Assembly: GCA_944324385.1 (NCBI GenBank)
Contig: CALUWD010000010.1
Span: forward strand, 1,679 to 65,678
Reading direction: 5' to 3'
Length of the DNA stretch: 64,000 bases
Source: Candidatus Gastranaerophilales bacterium
GTDB taxonomy: Bacteria > Cyanobacteriota > Vampirovibrionia > Gastranaerophilales > Gastranaerophilaceae
Each line of letters starts with the position of its first letter. The first letter of the stretch is position 1. The notes beneath the pieces were generated by a model. The model did not search any database. It was not told the DNA's origin and was given only the letters and a program-made list of their open reading frames with translations. A program made the position numbers and the translations under genes. Shown piece by piece: positions 1 through 9,410 of the stretch.

Positions 1-1
1 T

Positions 2-1045
2 TGCACCCTTTTAATGCACCCTGTGCTACAAATGCTAAATGTGCCTAAAAATATATATCATAACGCCTATTGGTACACAGAAATTATTGTCCTTGGGCTT
101 GTTGCGACTACTTTTTATAATCTTTTAGCAAGCTTAATAAGGGCATTAGGCGACAGCAAAACACCGCTGTACTTTTTAATTATAGCCTCTATTGTAAACA
201 TATTTCTTGCCCTATTTTTTATCAAATATCTGCACTTAGGAGTTGCAGGCTCTGCCGTTGCGGTTATTCTTTCTCAGGCAATCTCTGTTATACTTTGTTT
301 AATTTACGTAAAGAAAAAATTCACTATTTTACATCTAAAAAAATCTGACTGGAAAATAAAATTTGATAAAAACTTTGCAAACTCAGCGCTGGAACATCTA
401 AAGGTAGGAATTCCAATGTCGCTGCAATTTTCAATTATAGGAATTGGAATTATTGTAATTCAAAGTGTCTGCAACACTTTTGGCTCTGATGTCATTGCAG
501 CAGTCACTGCAGCACTTAGAATAGAACAAATAGCAACGCTACCTATGCTTTCTTTTGGAGTAGCACTATCATCATTTGTTGCGCAAAATTTCGGTGCAAA
601 AAAATTCAGAAGAATAAGAACAGCCGTTGTGCAAATGTCAATACTTAGTATTATTTTAAGCATTTTAATGGCAATTTTAATGCGCTTTTTTGGAGCAGAA
701 ATAATAAGGGAGTTCATTGGTACTGCTACAAAAGAAGTAATTGAAATATCGCACCAATACTTGCTTATTGCTACAATTTTTTACGTTTTTCTATCACAAA
801 TTTTTATATACAGAAACGCACTGCAGGGCATGGGCGAAACGATATTTCCCCTTATTGCAAGTATTGCAGAGCTTATAATGCGAACTTTTGCAGCGATTTA
901 TTTAGCAATGAAATTTGGCTACATTGGCATGTTCTACTCAGGCCCTATCGCTTGGGTGAGCGCCTGCTCAATTCTATCTTTCGGCTACTTTAGAAGCATA
1001 AAACCTATTGTTTATAAAATAAAAGAAGAAAAAACACTACTTTAA
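2..1045 (+). CDS. MATE family efflux transporter. The gene is 5'-truncated by the window edge.
   Basis: The reading frame is open to position 2. The protein is polytopic and hydrophobic, with MATE-type motifs (GDSKTPLYF, RNALQGMGET). About 100 N-terminal residues are missing compared with typical ~450 aa members. Confidence 0.85.
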   Translation, partial: CTLLMHPVLQMLNVPKNIYHNAYWYTEIIVLGLVATTFYNLLASLIRALGDSKTPLYFLIIASIVNIFLALFFIKYLHLGVAGSAVAVILSQAISVILCLIYVKKKFTILHLKKSDWKIKFDKNFANSALEHLKVGIPMSLQFSIIGIGIIVIQSVCNTFGSDVIAAVTAALRIEQIATLPMLSFGVALSSFVAQNFGAKKFRRIRTAVVQMSILSIILSILMAILMRFFGAEIIREFIGTATKEVIEISHQYLLIATIFYVFLSQIFIYRNALQGMGETIFPLIASIAELIMRTFAAIYLAMKFGYIGMFYSGPIAWVSACSILSFGYFRSIKPIVYKIKEEKTLL

Positions 1046-1249
1046 AAATAGCTTATGCGGCTCAACGCCAAGGGCTTCAGCTATCATTAACAGTCGTTTT
1101 AGCGATGGCGCACGCTTGCCACGCTCAATTTCTGATAAATATTCTGATGACAATGAGCATTTCATTGCAAGTTGAACTTGGCTCAAATTCCTTTTGTTGC
1201 GGTACTTTTTTATATTATTTCTAATTATTTCAAATGTTCCATTTGCCAT
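1037..1249 (-). CDS. XRE-family helix-turn-helix transcriptional regulator (70 aa)
   Basis: Classic Cro/C1 HTH: LSQVQLAMKCSLSSEYLSEIERGKRAPSLKRLLMIAEALGV. It is transcribed divergently from the giant pilin-like gene. Its 3' end overlaps the MATE gene by 9 nt. Confidence 0.85.
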   Translation of the reverse strand: MANGTFEIIRNNIKKYRNKRNLSQVQLAMKCSLSSEYLSEIERGKRAPSLKRLLMIAEALGVEPHKLFLK

Positions 1250-1319
1250 ATTTAAATTTTAGTGGTATTTTGTACATGTCACTCAGGCAAATAGCCTGAA
1301 TATGGAGAAGAATTTTGAT

Positions 1320-3698
1320 ATGAAAAATCGTGCTTTAAACGCCCTTTTGGGCTTTACACTGGCTGAATTGCTGGTGTCAACTCTTATTATTTCTATTATT
1401 ATGGTAGTTTTAGCCCCTGTTATCACCAAAAGGGTGACAAGTAATATTAATGTTTCAGGAGGAGGAAGTACTAAAAAAGAAAGTAAACTTTTTTTGTATA
1501 ATCCAACTGATCCAAACTGCTCTGCTGTTTCTGGGCAAAATGCACTTGATTGCAACTTTACAACAGGATCTGGTGTTAAAAGTGTAAATGTTGTCATGGT
1601 CTCAGGCGGAGGTGGTGGCGCTGGCGGAACGCCTCCAACAACTGAATATGGTAAAAAACTTACAGTGACAAATTCTACAATTGGTAGCGCTAAGACTCAA
1701 GAAATAACTATAACAAAAAATATGAAAAACTTTGTTGTAAGTTATCTCTCCGGCTCAGGTGGCGGAGGTGGAGGCGGAGCATGGTCTGAAAGCGCAGGTG
1801 CAGCTCCGACAAGTCAAGCGGATTGCGATAAATATGATGCTAAGTACCTCACAGCTTCTCAAAATGGCGGAACACCTGTCTGCGTTACAAAATATAACAT
1901 TGGTGATATTCCATCAGCCACAAATGGAGGGATTGCAACATCTGTTACAACTACAACTGTATCTACAAATTCATATTGCTTAGCTAACACATGTTGTTGG
2001 CAAGGAAAAACAGCAAGCCCATGCTATAGCTCTGGAACTAGCTACAGCGGTTGCAACAGAACTGTATGCACTTGGTATGCCGGTGACGCATCATGTCAAG
2101 CATTAGCATACAATGGTACAAAAGCTGGTGATTGGAGATTACCAACTAAAAATGAATTATCTAAATGGGCAAGCAACATTAACACTATTAACAAAAACAA
2201 AGGTGATAACGGCTTGAGGCTCTGTGACTTCTACAACGGTTACGGCGCAGCGCAATGCAACTATTACAACGTTTGCGATGGGGCTAACGCTGATACCTGC
2301 TACCCTTACGATGTGTGGTCTTCTACACCCGATGGTGGCCGTTACTACTATTTCTACCTGGTCAGTGGTAGCTTCGATCAGAGCAGCCATGGTCCTCGAC
2401 ACGCCGGTTCGGTTCGCTGTGTGCTTGAGGGCGGAGGCTCAACTATTAACTCCCTCTCAGGCGGCGGAGGTAGTGCTGGAGGGTATTTTAAGAACTATCA
2501 AATTCCTGAAAGTGTAATTTCAAATAACATCGGAGGAAGAATTGTATTTTATGCAGCCCCGGGGGCAAAAGGCGGTAATGGGGCAAGCTCCTCTGGAACT
2601 AATGCAAGTAATGGTTACAGTGGTACTGCTTCATATATTGCTCTGTATGATAAGACAAATAAGTTAATATGGGGACTAGAGGCAAGTGGTGGAAATGGAG
2701 GAAAAGGAGCGACTAGTTCTAGCTATGGAAATGGTGGGGCTAGTGTAAGTAATACAAGTTGTAAGATATTTCAGAATAATGTGTGGACTGATACAAATTG
2801 TACAGGTGTTGGTAGTGCTGGAAGTAATGGAGCTAGTTTAGATACTGGTGGAAATGGTGCAGCTAATGGTGGTGTTGGTGGAGGATCTTTGTATAATACA
2901 ACAACACTATCTGGTGGTGGTAATGGTGGTAGCTCAAGTTCTGAAGTTGGTGGTAATGGATCATTGTATGGCTCTGGTGGTGGCGGTGGAACAACAAAAG
3001 TTGTTTCTGATGTTGCAACTGCAGGAGCAGGAGGAAAAGGAGCAAATGGAGTGGCTGAGATTACATATGATTTAACATATGACCCTGCAGCAGGTGGAGG
3101 TGGTGGCGGTGGTGCCATGTTAAAGGTTGAAAATATTACAGTAACTCCATCTACTGTGTACACTGTTCGTGTTGGTGGTGGTGGTAATGGTGGAGCTGTG
3201 TCAAATAACGGCTCAAATGGTGGAGAAAGTAAAGTTACTTTTGGTAGTGTAAGTTATAGTTTAAGTGGTGGTAAAGGTGGTACTGCTGGAACTAGTGCAA
3301 GTTCTTCTACTTCTGTTGTCCATGGTGTAGGTGGAGCGGGTGCTTCTAAATTAAGTGCTGGGACATCTGTTGCAGGGACTAAGGGTAGTGATGGAAGTGC
3401 AGGAGATATTGGCGCAATTGGTGGAAATGGTGGAAAAAGTGGAGTTGAAAGTGAAGGAGGCTGTGGAGCATTATTTGATAATGGCGGAAGTTGCTCTGCA
3501 ACTGGTGCTTATGGTTTAAGTCCAATGTTCATTTCACCTGCAAATATATTTGATGCTGCTGATTATGGTAAAGCAGGAGCCGGCGGAGGCGGCGGCGGAT
3601 ATGCGTATAATACTACGATGTATCCGACAAATAACCCTGGATATGGCGGTAACGGGCAAAACGGATATGTTTATTTGTATTGGACAGAGTACAATTAA
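1320..3698 (+). CDS. Giant prepilin-type N-terminal domain protein (~792 aa) with poly-glycine modules and a Cys-rich DUF1566/Lcl-C-like domain
   Basis: The leader is MKNRALNALLG|FTLAELLV, with G at -1, F at +1 and E at +5, followed by a hydrophobic helix. GGAG lies 8-11 nt upstream of the ATG at 1320; an alternative in-frame ATG lies at 1302. The WRLPTKNEL...VWSST...SVRCV signature is present. G5-G9 runs recur, each flanked by beta-like strands. Confidence 0.8.
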   Translation: MKNRALNALLGFTLAELLVSTLIISIIMVVLAPVITKRVTSNINVSGGGSTKKESKLFLYNPTDPNCSAVSGQNALDCNFTTGSGVKSVNVVMVSGGGGGAGGTPPTTEYGKKLTVTNSTIGSAKTQEITITKNMKNFVVSYLSGSGGGGGGGAWSESAGAAPTSQADCDKYDAKYLTASQNGGTPVCVTKYNIGDIPSATNGGIATSVTTTTVSTNSYCLANTCCWQGKTASPCYSSGTSYSGCNRTVCTWYAGDASCQALAYNGTKAGDWRLPTKNELSKWASNINTINKNKGDNGLRLCDFYNGYGAAQCNYYNVCDGANADTCYPYDVWSSTPDGGRYYYFYLVSGSFDQSSHGPRHAGSVRCVLEGGGSTINSLSGGGGSAGGYFKNYQIPESVISNNIGGRIVFYAAPGAKGGNGASSSGTNASNGYSGTASYIALYDKTNKLIWGLEASGGNGGKGATSSSYGNGGASVSNTSCKIFQNNVWTDTNCTGVGSAGSNGASLDTGGNGAANGGVGGGSLYNTTTLSGGGNGGSSSSEVGGNGSLYGSGGGGGTTKVVSDVATAGAGGKGANGVAEITYDLTYDPAAGGGGGGGAMLKVENITVTPSTVYTVRVGGGGNGGAVSNNGSNGGESKVTFGSVSYSLSGGKGGTAGTSASSSTSVVHGVGGAGASKLSAGTSVAGTKGSDGSAGDIGAIGGNGGKSGVESEGGCGALFDNGGSCSATGAYGLSPMFISPANIFDAADYGKAGAGGGGGGYAYNTTMYPTNNPGYGGNGQNGYVYLYWTEYN

Positions 3699-3720
3699 AG
3701 GTTTCGTATCTTAATCTTTC

Positions 3721-3761
3721 TGGGCGCACTACTCTAGGAAAAAATATGCGCCCATTTTTTT
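3721..3761 (+). terminator. Rho-independent terminator of the pilin-like gene
   Basis: An 8 bp GC-rich stem, TGGGCGCA (3721-3728) paired with TGCGCCCA (3747-3754), is followed by a T7 run at 3755-3761. Confidence 0.7.
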
Positions 3762-4359
3762 ATATTAATTTAAAAAATTTACAGATATAAAATACGCCAA
3801 CCATAACAACAATAGCTGCAAAAATCGACAACAAAACAAACATATTTTTATCCTTATTTAAATCTTGCTTAACAGCTTGATTTTCAACAACATTTTTGTT
3901 TTCATTAACTATATTCTCTACGGGTTTTTTAATATCCTCAACAACAGATTGCACAGGAATATTCAAAGACTCAGAGGGCTGTGACACTCTATTTTCAGGC
4001 AAAAGACGATAGACAAAAATAAAATCGATACTTATTTCTTTAATATTAGAAACAGCCTTTGGGAAAGGGTCAAAAGGCGTAACATCCTTTAGTGCTTGAA
4101 TTGCAAGCTCATTCATTTCCTTTGTGCAATCTGAGCCTAAAACCTTTATTTGAGAAACCTCGCCTGTATTTTTTACATTAAAAAATAAATTAATTTTACA
4201 CTCGCGATCGTGTCTTGTAAGTCCAGACGCCTTGTACCAAGAGGTATTTGCTTCTTTTTCAATTTTTTGCAAATAAGGATTCCACACTTGCGCATTCTCA
4301 ACGGAAAACACAGGCAAAAGTGTAGAAATTAAAACCAATAAACTTAAAATCACTCTCAT
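3760..4359 (-). CDS. Secreted/anchored protein with a TonB-C-terminal-like domain (199 aa); function unknown
   Basis: It has an N-terminal signal-like segment (MRVILSLLVLISTLLPVFS). The central block CKINLFFNVKNTGEVSQIKVLGSDC...ELAIQALKDVTPFDPFP resembles TonB_C. A C-terminal TM helix is present (MFVLLSIFAAIVVMVGVFYI). Confidence 0.5.
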   Translation of the reverse strand: MRVILSLLVLISTLLPVFSVENAQVWNPYLQKIEKEANTSWYKASGLTRHDRECKINLFFNVKNTGEVSQIKVLGSDCTKEMNELAIQALKDVTPFDPFPKAVSNIKEISIDFIFVYRLLPENRVSQPSESLNIPVQSVVEDIKKPVENIVNENKNVVENQAVKQDLNKDKNMFVLLSIFAAIVVMVGVFYICKFFKLI

Positions 4360-4425
4360 AACAAAAATATAACATTATTTAGATTTTGTGCCAAATTGTA
4401 AAATTTTTATGATAAAATTTAAACC

Positions 4426-5262
4426 ATGTTAAGCGGACCATTTTTAGATAAAAATTTTATAGGCTCAAGCAAAGATTTTGAAAATTCAAAAATCGTTATG
4501 CTTGGTATGCCATTTGATGGCACCTGCACAAATCGCCCCGGAGCGCGCTTTGCACCTCAGCAAATTAGGGTTGAAAGTGTTGGGATTGAGGAATATTCGA
4601 CTTATTTTAATACAAATCTTTCAGATTTAATGTTTTATGATGCAGGTGAGCTTGAATTGCCATTTGGCGCACCAAAAGAGGCTCTTGAGCTTATTGAAAA
4701 AAATACTGATGAAATTTATGCTTGCAACAAGAAAATTTTAGGCATAGGCGGCGAGCACCTTGTCACCCTTGGAACAATAAAAGGAGTGCTAAAACACCAC
4801 AAAGACATTGCTGTAGTGCATTTTGATGCACATACTGATTTAAGAGAACAATACCTTGGAATTGAACTAACACACTCAGGCGTAATGCTACAAATAGCAA
4901 GGCTTGTAGGCTTTGAAAATATAATGCAAATCGGAATTCGCTCAGGCGAAAAAGAAGAATTTGAGTTAATGAAAAAATACTCTACAAGAGCATTCGAGCC
5001 TAGCGAGTTAAAAAGATTTCAAGATAAAAAAATATTTGTAACAATAGACCTTGATGTGCTTGATCCATCGATTATGAGTGGTACAGGAACGCCTGAAGCA
5101 GGCGGATTTACTTACAAAGAGCTTATGAGCTGGATTTTAGAGCTTAAAAAGTATAATATTATTGGTGCAGACATTGTCGAACTTGCGCCAGATTTAGACA
5201 TAACAAAGGTTTCAACCGCAACAGCTTGCAAACTTATAAGAGAAGTTTTAAACATTCTTTAG
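4426..5262 (+). CDS. speB: Agmatinase (arginase/ureohydrolase family)
   Basis: Metal-binding motifs of the ureohydrolase family are present: GGEHLVT, HFDAHTDLR and DLDVLDPS. The size (278 aa) is typical. Confidence 0.85.
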   Translation: MLSGPFLDKNFIGSSKDFENSKIVMLGMPFDGTCTNRPGARFAPQQIRVESVGIEEYSTYFNTNLSDLMFYDAGELELPFGAPKEALELIEKNTDEIYACNKKILGIGGEHLVTLGTIKGVLKHHKDIAVVHFDAHTDLREQYLGIELTHSGVMLQIARLVGFENIMQIGIRSGEKEEFELMKKYSTRAFEPSELKRFQDKKIFVTIDLDVLDPSIMSGTGTPEAGGFTYKELMSWILELKKYNIIGADIVELAPDLDITKVSTATACKLIREVLNIL

Positions 5263-5782
5263 TATTTTTCTCAAGCTCGTCAAGGCTTGAGGCGTTATTT
5301 ATAACATAATCGCACTTAGGAATTTTAACACTTGAATCCATTTGTGAATCAAGCCTTAATTTTGCATAGTTTTCATCATAATTATTTCTTTTTTTGAGGC
5401 GCTCAAGTCGCAAATTATAAGGCGCATCGACAAAAATTATTTTATCAAACAAATTTTCAAAACCAGCCTCAAAAAGCTGCGGAACAGCAACAAATAAAAT
5501 GTCATTTTGAGAATTGTTTTTGAAAAATTTTAAAATTTCATCCCTTACGAGTGGATGCAAAATTTCCTCAAGTTTTTTTAGTTTTGACTTATCAGAAAAG
5601 ACTATTTTAGCAAGCTCTGACCTGTCTGATGTTCCAAAAGTTTTTTCAACCTCTCGGTTATCCTTAAGTAAGTTGTGTGCGCATTCATCAGTATCTAAAA
5701 CCAAAAAGCCCATTTTAGATATTAGACCTTGCACAACAGACTTGCCTGAAGCGATATTACCTGTTAGAGCAACCTTAATCAT
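5234..5782 (-). CDS. coaE: Dephospho-CoA kinase
   Basis: The N-terminal P-loop is IKVALTGNIASGKS. Length and downstream pattern are typical for CoaE. The gene converges on speB with a 29 nt overlap. Confidence 0.9.
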   Translation of the reverse strand: MIKVALTGNIASGKSVVQGLISKMGFLVLDTDECAHNLLKDNREVEKTFGTSDRSELAKIVFSDKSKLKKLEEILHPLVRDEILKFFKNNSQNDILFVAVPQLFEAGFENLFDKIIFVDAPYNLRLERLKKRNNYDENYAKLRLDSQMDSSVKIPKCDYVINNASSLDELEKNTKECLKLLL

Positions 5783-5841
5783 GGCTTTATTTTACATTAA
5801 AATTATAGTATAATCCATCATGAGAAAATGGAGGAGTAAAA

Positions 5842-6573
5842 ATGACATCAAATCCAATGACACAAAGCACTATTTACGATGGCGCTGTTGTAGATTCGCA
5901 ACCTATGACCGTTTCAGGTGCTGTTAACAAAACAATTATACTGTTACTTGTAACATTTGGCGTTGGCGTATTTAGCTGGACACAAGCTTTTAATGGCTAT
6001 ATGGACAAGGTAGTTATGCTTATGTGGGTTGGAATCATAGCAGGACTTATACTTGCTATAATAATGCGATTCAAACCACAAAATGCAAAGGTTTTATCAC
6101 TTGGCTATGCAGTTTGCGAAGGTCTTGCAATTGGCGGTATTTCAGCAATGTATGAAATGCAATTAAAAGGTATTGTTGCAAATGCTGCTCTTATAACATT
6201 TTTAACCCTATTTGTTATGCTATTTTTATACAAGTTGGGAATAATAAAAGCAACAGACACCTTTCGAAAAGTTGTTGTGACAGCGACTGCCTCTATTGCA
6301 ATATTTTATTTAGTAAGCATAGTAGCAAGCTTTTTTAGCCCTAACTTTATTGCGGTATGGAACAGCGGACTTTTAGGGATAGGCTTAAGTATAGTATTTT
6401 GTGCGGTTGCAGCACTTAACTTTATACTTGATTTTAATTTTATCGAAGAAGGCGCACAAAAAATGGCACCAAAATATTTTGAATGGTTTGGGGCATTTTC
6501 GCTTTTAGTAACAATCGTTTGGTTATATCTGGAATTATTAAGACTGCTTGCTCAACTTAGCAGAAATCGTTAA
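5842..6573 (+). CDS. Bax inhibitor-1/YccA-family integral membrane protein (COG4760-like)
   Basis: The N-terminus contains TSNP, followed by about 7 TM segments and a C-terminal EWFGAFSLLVTIVWLYLELLRLL motif. A GGAGG RBS lies upstream. Confidence 0.7.
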   Translation: MTSNPMTQSTIYDGAVVDSQPMTVSGAVNKTIILLLVTFGVGVFSWTQAFNGYMDKVVMLMWVGIIAGLILAIIMRFKPQNAKVLSLGYAVCEGLAIGGISAMYEMQLKGIVANAALITFLTLFVMLFLYKLGIIKATDTFRKVVVTATASIAIFYLVSIVASFFSPNFIAVWNSGLLGIGLSIVFCAVAALNFILDFNFIEEGAQKMAPKYFEWFGAFSLLVTIVWLYLELLRLLAQLSRNR

Positions 6574-8915
6574 TGAACTACAAAAAAATAGTACAAAAAG
6601 AAATAGAACAAAGCAGAGAGTTAAGTGAATACATCAATGACCCTCTGCTTTGTGATTTACTTTTGCTCAGGGGCATAAAAACAACAAACGAGGCAAAAGA
6701 ATTTCTTAACAGCGAAACAAATAAACTCAGCAGGCTTGATGTTTTTAACGACGGGCAAAAAGCACTTGATAGAATAAAAAAGGCAATTGAGCTAAAAGAG
6801 AAAATCCTTGTTTGGGGGGACTTTGACGCTGATGGCGTAACCTCAAGCGCGCTAATGCACAAAACACTTTTAAAACTCGGTGCAAACTTTGAAATTTTTA
6901 TACCAGATAGAGAAAAACATGGCCATGGGCTAAATTCAAAAAAAGCTCTTGAGCTTATTGCAAAACACAAGATAAAAATTTTAATTACAGTGGATTGTGG
7001 TATTTCAAATGCCAAAGAAATTAATTTAATAAAGTCATTTGGGGTGGATGTAATTATTACAGATCACCACAAATTAGATGGTGAAACACCTCAAGCGTAC
7101 GCTATTTTAAACCCGCAAGCGCCTAATTCACTAAAAGAAAATTTGGAAATAAAGCAAATTCAAAACCTGTGCAGACTTGCAGGTGTGGGTGTAGCGTACA
7201 AGTTGGCATTAGAATTGCTTAACGAAGAAGAAAATGAGGAGCTTTTAGTACTGGCTTGCGTTGGGACAATATCAGATGTTGTCCCGCTTTTGGGCGAAAA
7301 CAGGACAATTGTCACAAAAGGCTTAAAGCTACTTAATGAAAAGCGCCACAAAGGCATTTCAATGCTTTTTGAAAATAACGGCAGGCAAAATATAACAAGT
7401 AACGATGTTGCTTTTGTACTAACGCCAAGGATTAATGCTGTAGGGCGTTTAAGCACGCCTGATTTAGCTTTTGAGTTTTTGACAGAAGAAAATGAAAGCT
7501 CGCTTAATTTTATACTTGAAAAACTCGACAACTTTAATAAAATTCGACAAAGTCTTTGCGAGAACATCTACCTTGAAGCAAGCGATATGGCAAGGGAAAA
7601 CAAAAAAGACAGCGCAATTATTTTATACAACAATGACTGGCACTTAGGTATAATCGGCATAGTGGCTTCTAAAGTAGTTGAAGACCACAATAAACCTGTT
7701 TTTATGATTACATCGGATGAAAATAATATTGGCAGGTGCTCAATTCGCTCAATTGAAGGGTACAATGTTTATGAAATTTTAAAAAGCAATGCTGGCTTAT
7801 TTTTAGGATACGGTGGACACTCTCTTGCGGGCGGATTTTCATTTGACATGAATTTACACCCCTTTGAAGAAATAAAAAGCGCAATATTAAACACTATTGA
7901 AGAATTAAACATTGAACCACAAAAAAAAGACTGCTTTGAAGTTGATAGATTTCTTGACGCAAATCAAATAAATAAAAGCTTAATTGAAAAAATAAATGTA
8001 TTAGAGCCCTGCGGACAAAATAACCCATCACCGATTTTTGGGCTTAAAGATACAATGCTAAAAGATTCAAGGGTCATTGGCAAAAATGCTAATCATTTAA
8101 AATTTATATGCCAAAAAGATGAAATAAATTTCGAATGTGTAAAATGGAGCGAAAATGATTTTAAAATACCGCTAAATTCCACACTAGACATAGCTTTTTC
8201 ACCAAGATTAAATGTTTTTAATAATGAAGAAAATATTCAACTTGAAATATGCGATGTTTTCTGTGAAAAATACACACCCAAGAAGGAAAATAACTCACTA
8301 AAAATTTACGACCACAGAAAAAAAGATGGTATTTTAAACCAAATTTGCGACTATTTAAAAAGGGATGATTTAGATATAACAATATGGGCAAAAAATGTTA
8401 AAACAATTGAAAACTTAAAAAACTATCCAGAAATAAAAAATAAATTCTACGAAAACAAAGACAGATATGAAAGCATTATGTTTTTCAACTACCCCTCAAA
8501 TTTCGAAGAACTAAAGGCTGTATTAAACGAAATTAACCCTGTAAAAATTCATTTTATGAAAGACAACTATGACGAAAATATCGAAAATTACATAAAACTG
8601 CTTTCAGGAATGCTAAAGTACGCGCACAATCATAAAAATGGCGAAATAAGCATTGTAAAACTAGCTTGTGCTTGCGGAACAAGTGAAGCGTTTGTACAAT
8701 TAGCACTTGAAATTTTTGAAAACTCTGGCTCAATAGAGATTTTAGATGTAGATAAGATTAAATATATAGAGCCTGTTAATATAGAAAAAATAAGCTCGCA
8801 ATCATTATACGAAATACTTACAGAAGAATTTACAAAAATTTTAGAGTTTAAAAAACATCTTGCCGAAGATGATATCGACAAGATGTATGAACTTGTAAAT
8901 TCTTGTTATAACTAA
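6573..8915 (+). CDS. recJ: Single-stranded-DNA-specific exonuclease RecJ
   Basis: DHH-family motifs are present: GDFDADGVTS, TVDCG and ITDHH, followed by a DHHA1-like GGHSLAGG. The start shares a TAATG overlap with the upstream stop. Confidence 0.9.
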   Translation: MNYKKIVQKEIEQSRELSEYINDPLLCDLLLLRGIKTTNEAKEFLNSETNKLSRLDVFNDGQKALDRIKKAIELKEKILVWGDFDADGVTSSALMHKTLLKLGANFEIFIPDREKHGHGLNSKKALELIAKHKIKILITVDCGISNAKEINLIKSFGVDVIITDHHKLDGETPQAYAILNPQAPNSLKENLEIKQIQNLCRLAGVGVAYKLALELLNEEENEELLVLACVGTISDVVPLLGENRTIVTKGLKLLNEKRHKGISMLFENNGRQNITSNDVAFVLTPRINAVGRLSTPDLAFEFLTEENESSLNFILEKLDNFNKIRQSLCENIYLEASDMARENKKDSAIILYNNDWHLGIIGIVASKVVEDHNKPVFMITSDENNIGRCSIRSIEGYNVYEILKSNAGLFLGYGGHSLAGGFSFDMNLHPFEEIKSAILNTIEELNIEPQKKDCFEVDRFLDANQINKSLIEKINVLEPCGQNNPSPIFGLKDTMLKDSRVIGKNANHLKFICQKDEINFECVKWSENDFKIPLNSTLDIAFSPRLNVFNNEENIQLEICDVFCEKYTPKKENNSLKIYDHRKKDGILNQICDYLKRDDLDITIWAKNVKTIENLKNYPEIKNKFYENKDRYESIMFFNYPSNFEELKAVLNEINPVKIHFMKDNYDENIENYIKLLSGMLKYAHNHKNGEISIVKLACACGTSEAFVQLALEIFENSGSIEILDVDKIKYIEPVNIEKISSQSLYEILTEEFTKILEFKKHLAEDDIDKMYELVNSCYN

Positions 8916-9325
8916 CTTTTAGTACTATCTTGTTCAAAGTTAGAGTTGATGTACTTTTTAGACTTTTCAATGTTTTTCAATTTCTTTTTAGTCTGACTAA
9001 CGTTTTTCTTTAACCCTTTGATTTCAGATTTAATCTGATCTTCACGAGCCTCAGCAGCGGTTAATAAAGAATTGTAGTTAATCAACTGTTCACGAATTTC
9101 TGCAGACGCGTCATCAAGATTTGTGATTGCACTTTTAAATTTTTCTTCTTGAATAGAACCAGTAACAACGGTTGTTTTTGCAGCAGGAGCAACATCACCT
9201 ACTGGTTGAAGTTCAACTTTTTGAATTTCATCTACAGAATCCATAGACTGAAATACAGCTTCTTGCGCGTAAGATGCACAAGTCAAAGCCATAACTGCCG
9301 ATAATGCCAATACAATTTTTTTCAT
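8912..9325 (-). CDS. Secreted coiled-coil protein (137 aa); function unknown
   Basis: The signal peptide is MKKIVLALSAVMALTCASYAQEA. The rest is charged and heptad-like. An AAGGAGAAG RBS is present. Confidence 0.6.
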   Translation of the reverse strand: MKKIVLALSAVMALTCASYAQEAVFQSMDSVDEIQKVELQPVGDVAPAAKTTVVTGSIQEEKFKSAITNLDDASAEIREQLINYNSLLTAAEAREDQIKSEIKGLKKNVSQTKKKLKNIEKSKKYINSNFEQDSTKS

Positions 9326-9410
9326 ATTCCACTTCTCCTTATACTAATATTTTAACCTTGAAACGAGCTTGTTACAAGACTTAAAGGAGAAAAATCAATC
9401 AAATATATTA

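Noticed and set aside
1283-1597. A 104 aa minus-strand ORF spanning the pilin-like gene's start.
   Set aside because: It overlaps the well-supported prepilin leader and helix and has no recognisable motifs or RBS. It is most likely a chance ORF.
2771-3163. A 130 aa Pro-rich ORF on the minus strand, plus several 60-97 aa ORFs in other frames between 1759 and 3075.
   Set aside because: These are antisense or off-frame shadows of the Gly-rich pilin-like gene, because GGN Gly codons read as NCC Pro on the opposite strand. They have no RBS and lie entirely within a much longer, motif-bearing ORF.
1600-3650. A locally elevated G+C content, which could suggest a horizontally acquired island.
   Set aside because: The rise coincides exactly with Gly (GGN) and Ala (GCN) enrichment within a single gene. 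Flanking genes and the wobble positions look like the rest of the window, so the composition is explained by the amino-acid content.
1600-3650. Glycine-codon runs as possible slipped-strand (phase-variation) repeats.
   Set aside because: The Gly runs use mixed codons (ggt, gga, ggc and ggg interleaved). There is no long homopolymer or perfect tandem DNA repeat, so there is no obvious slippage substrate.
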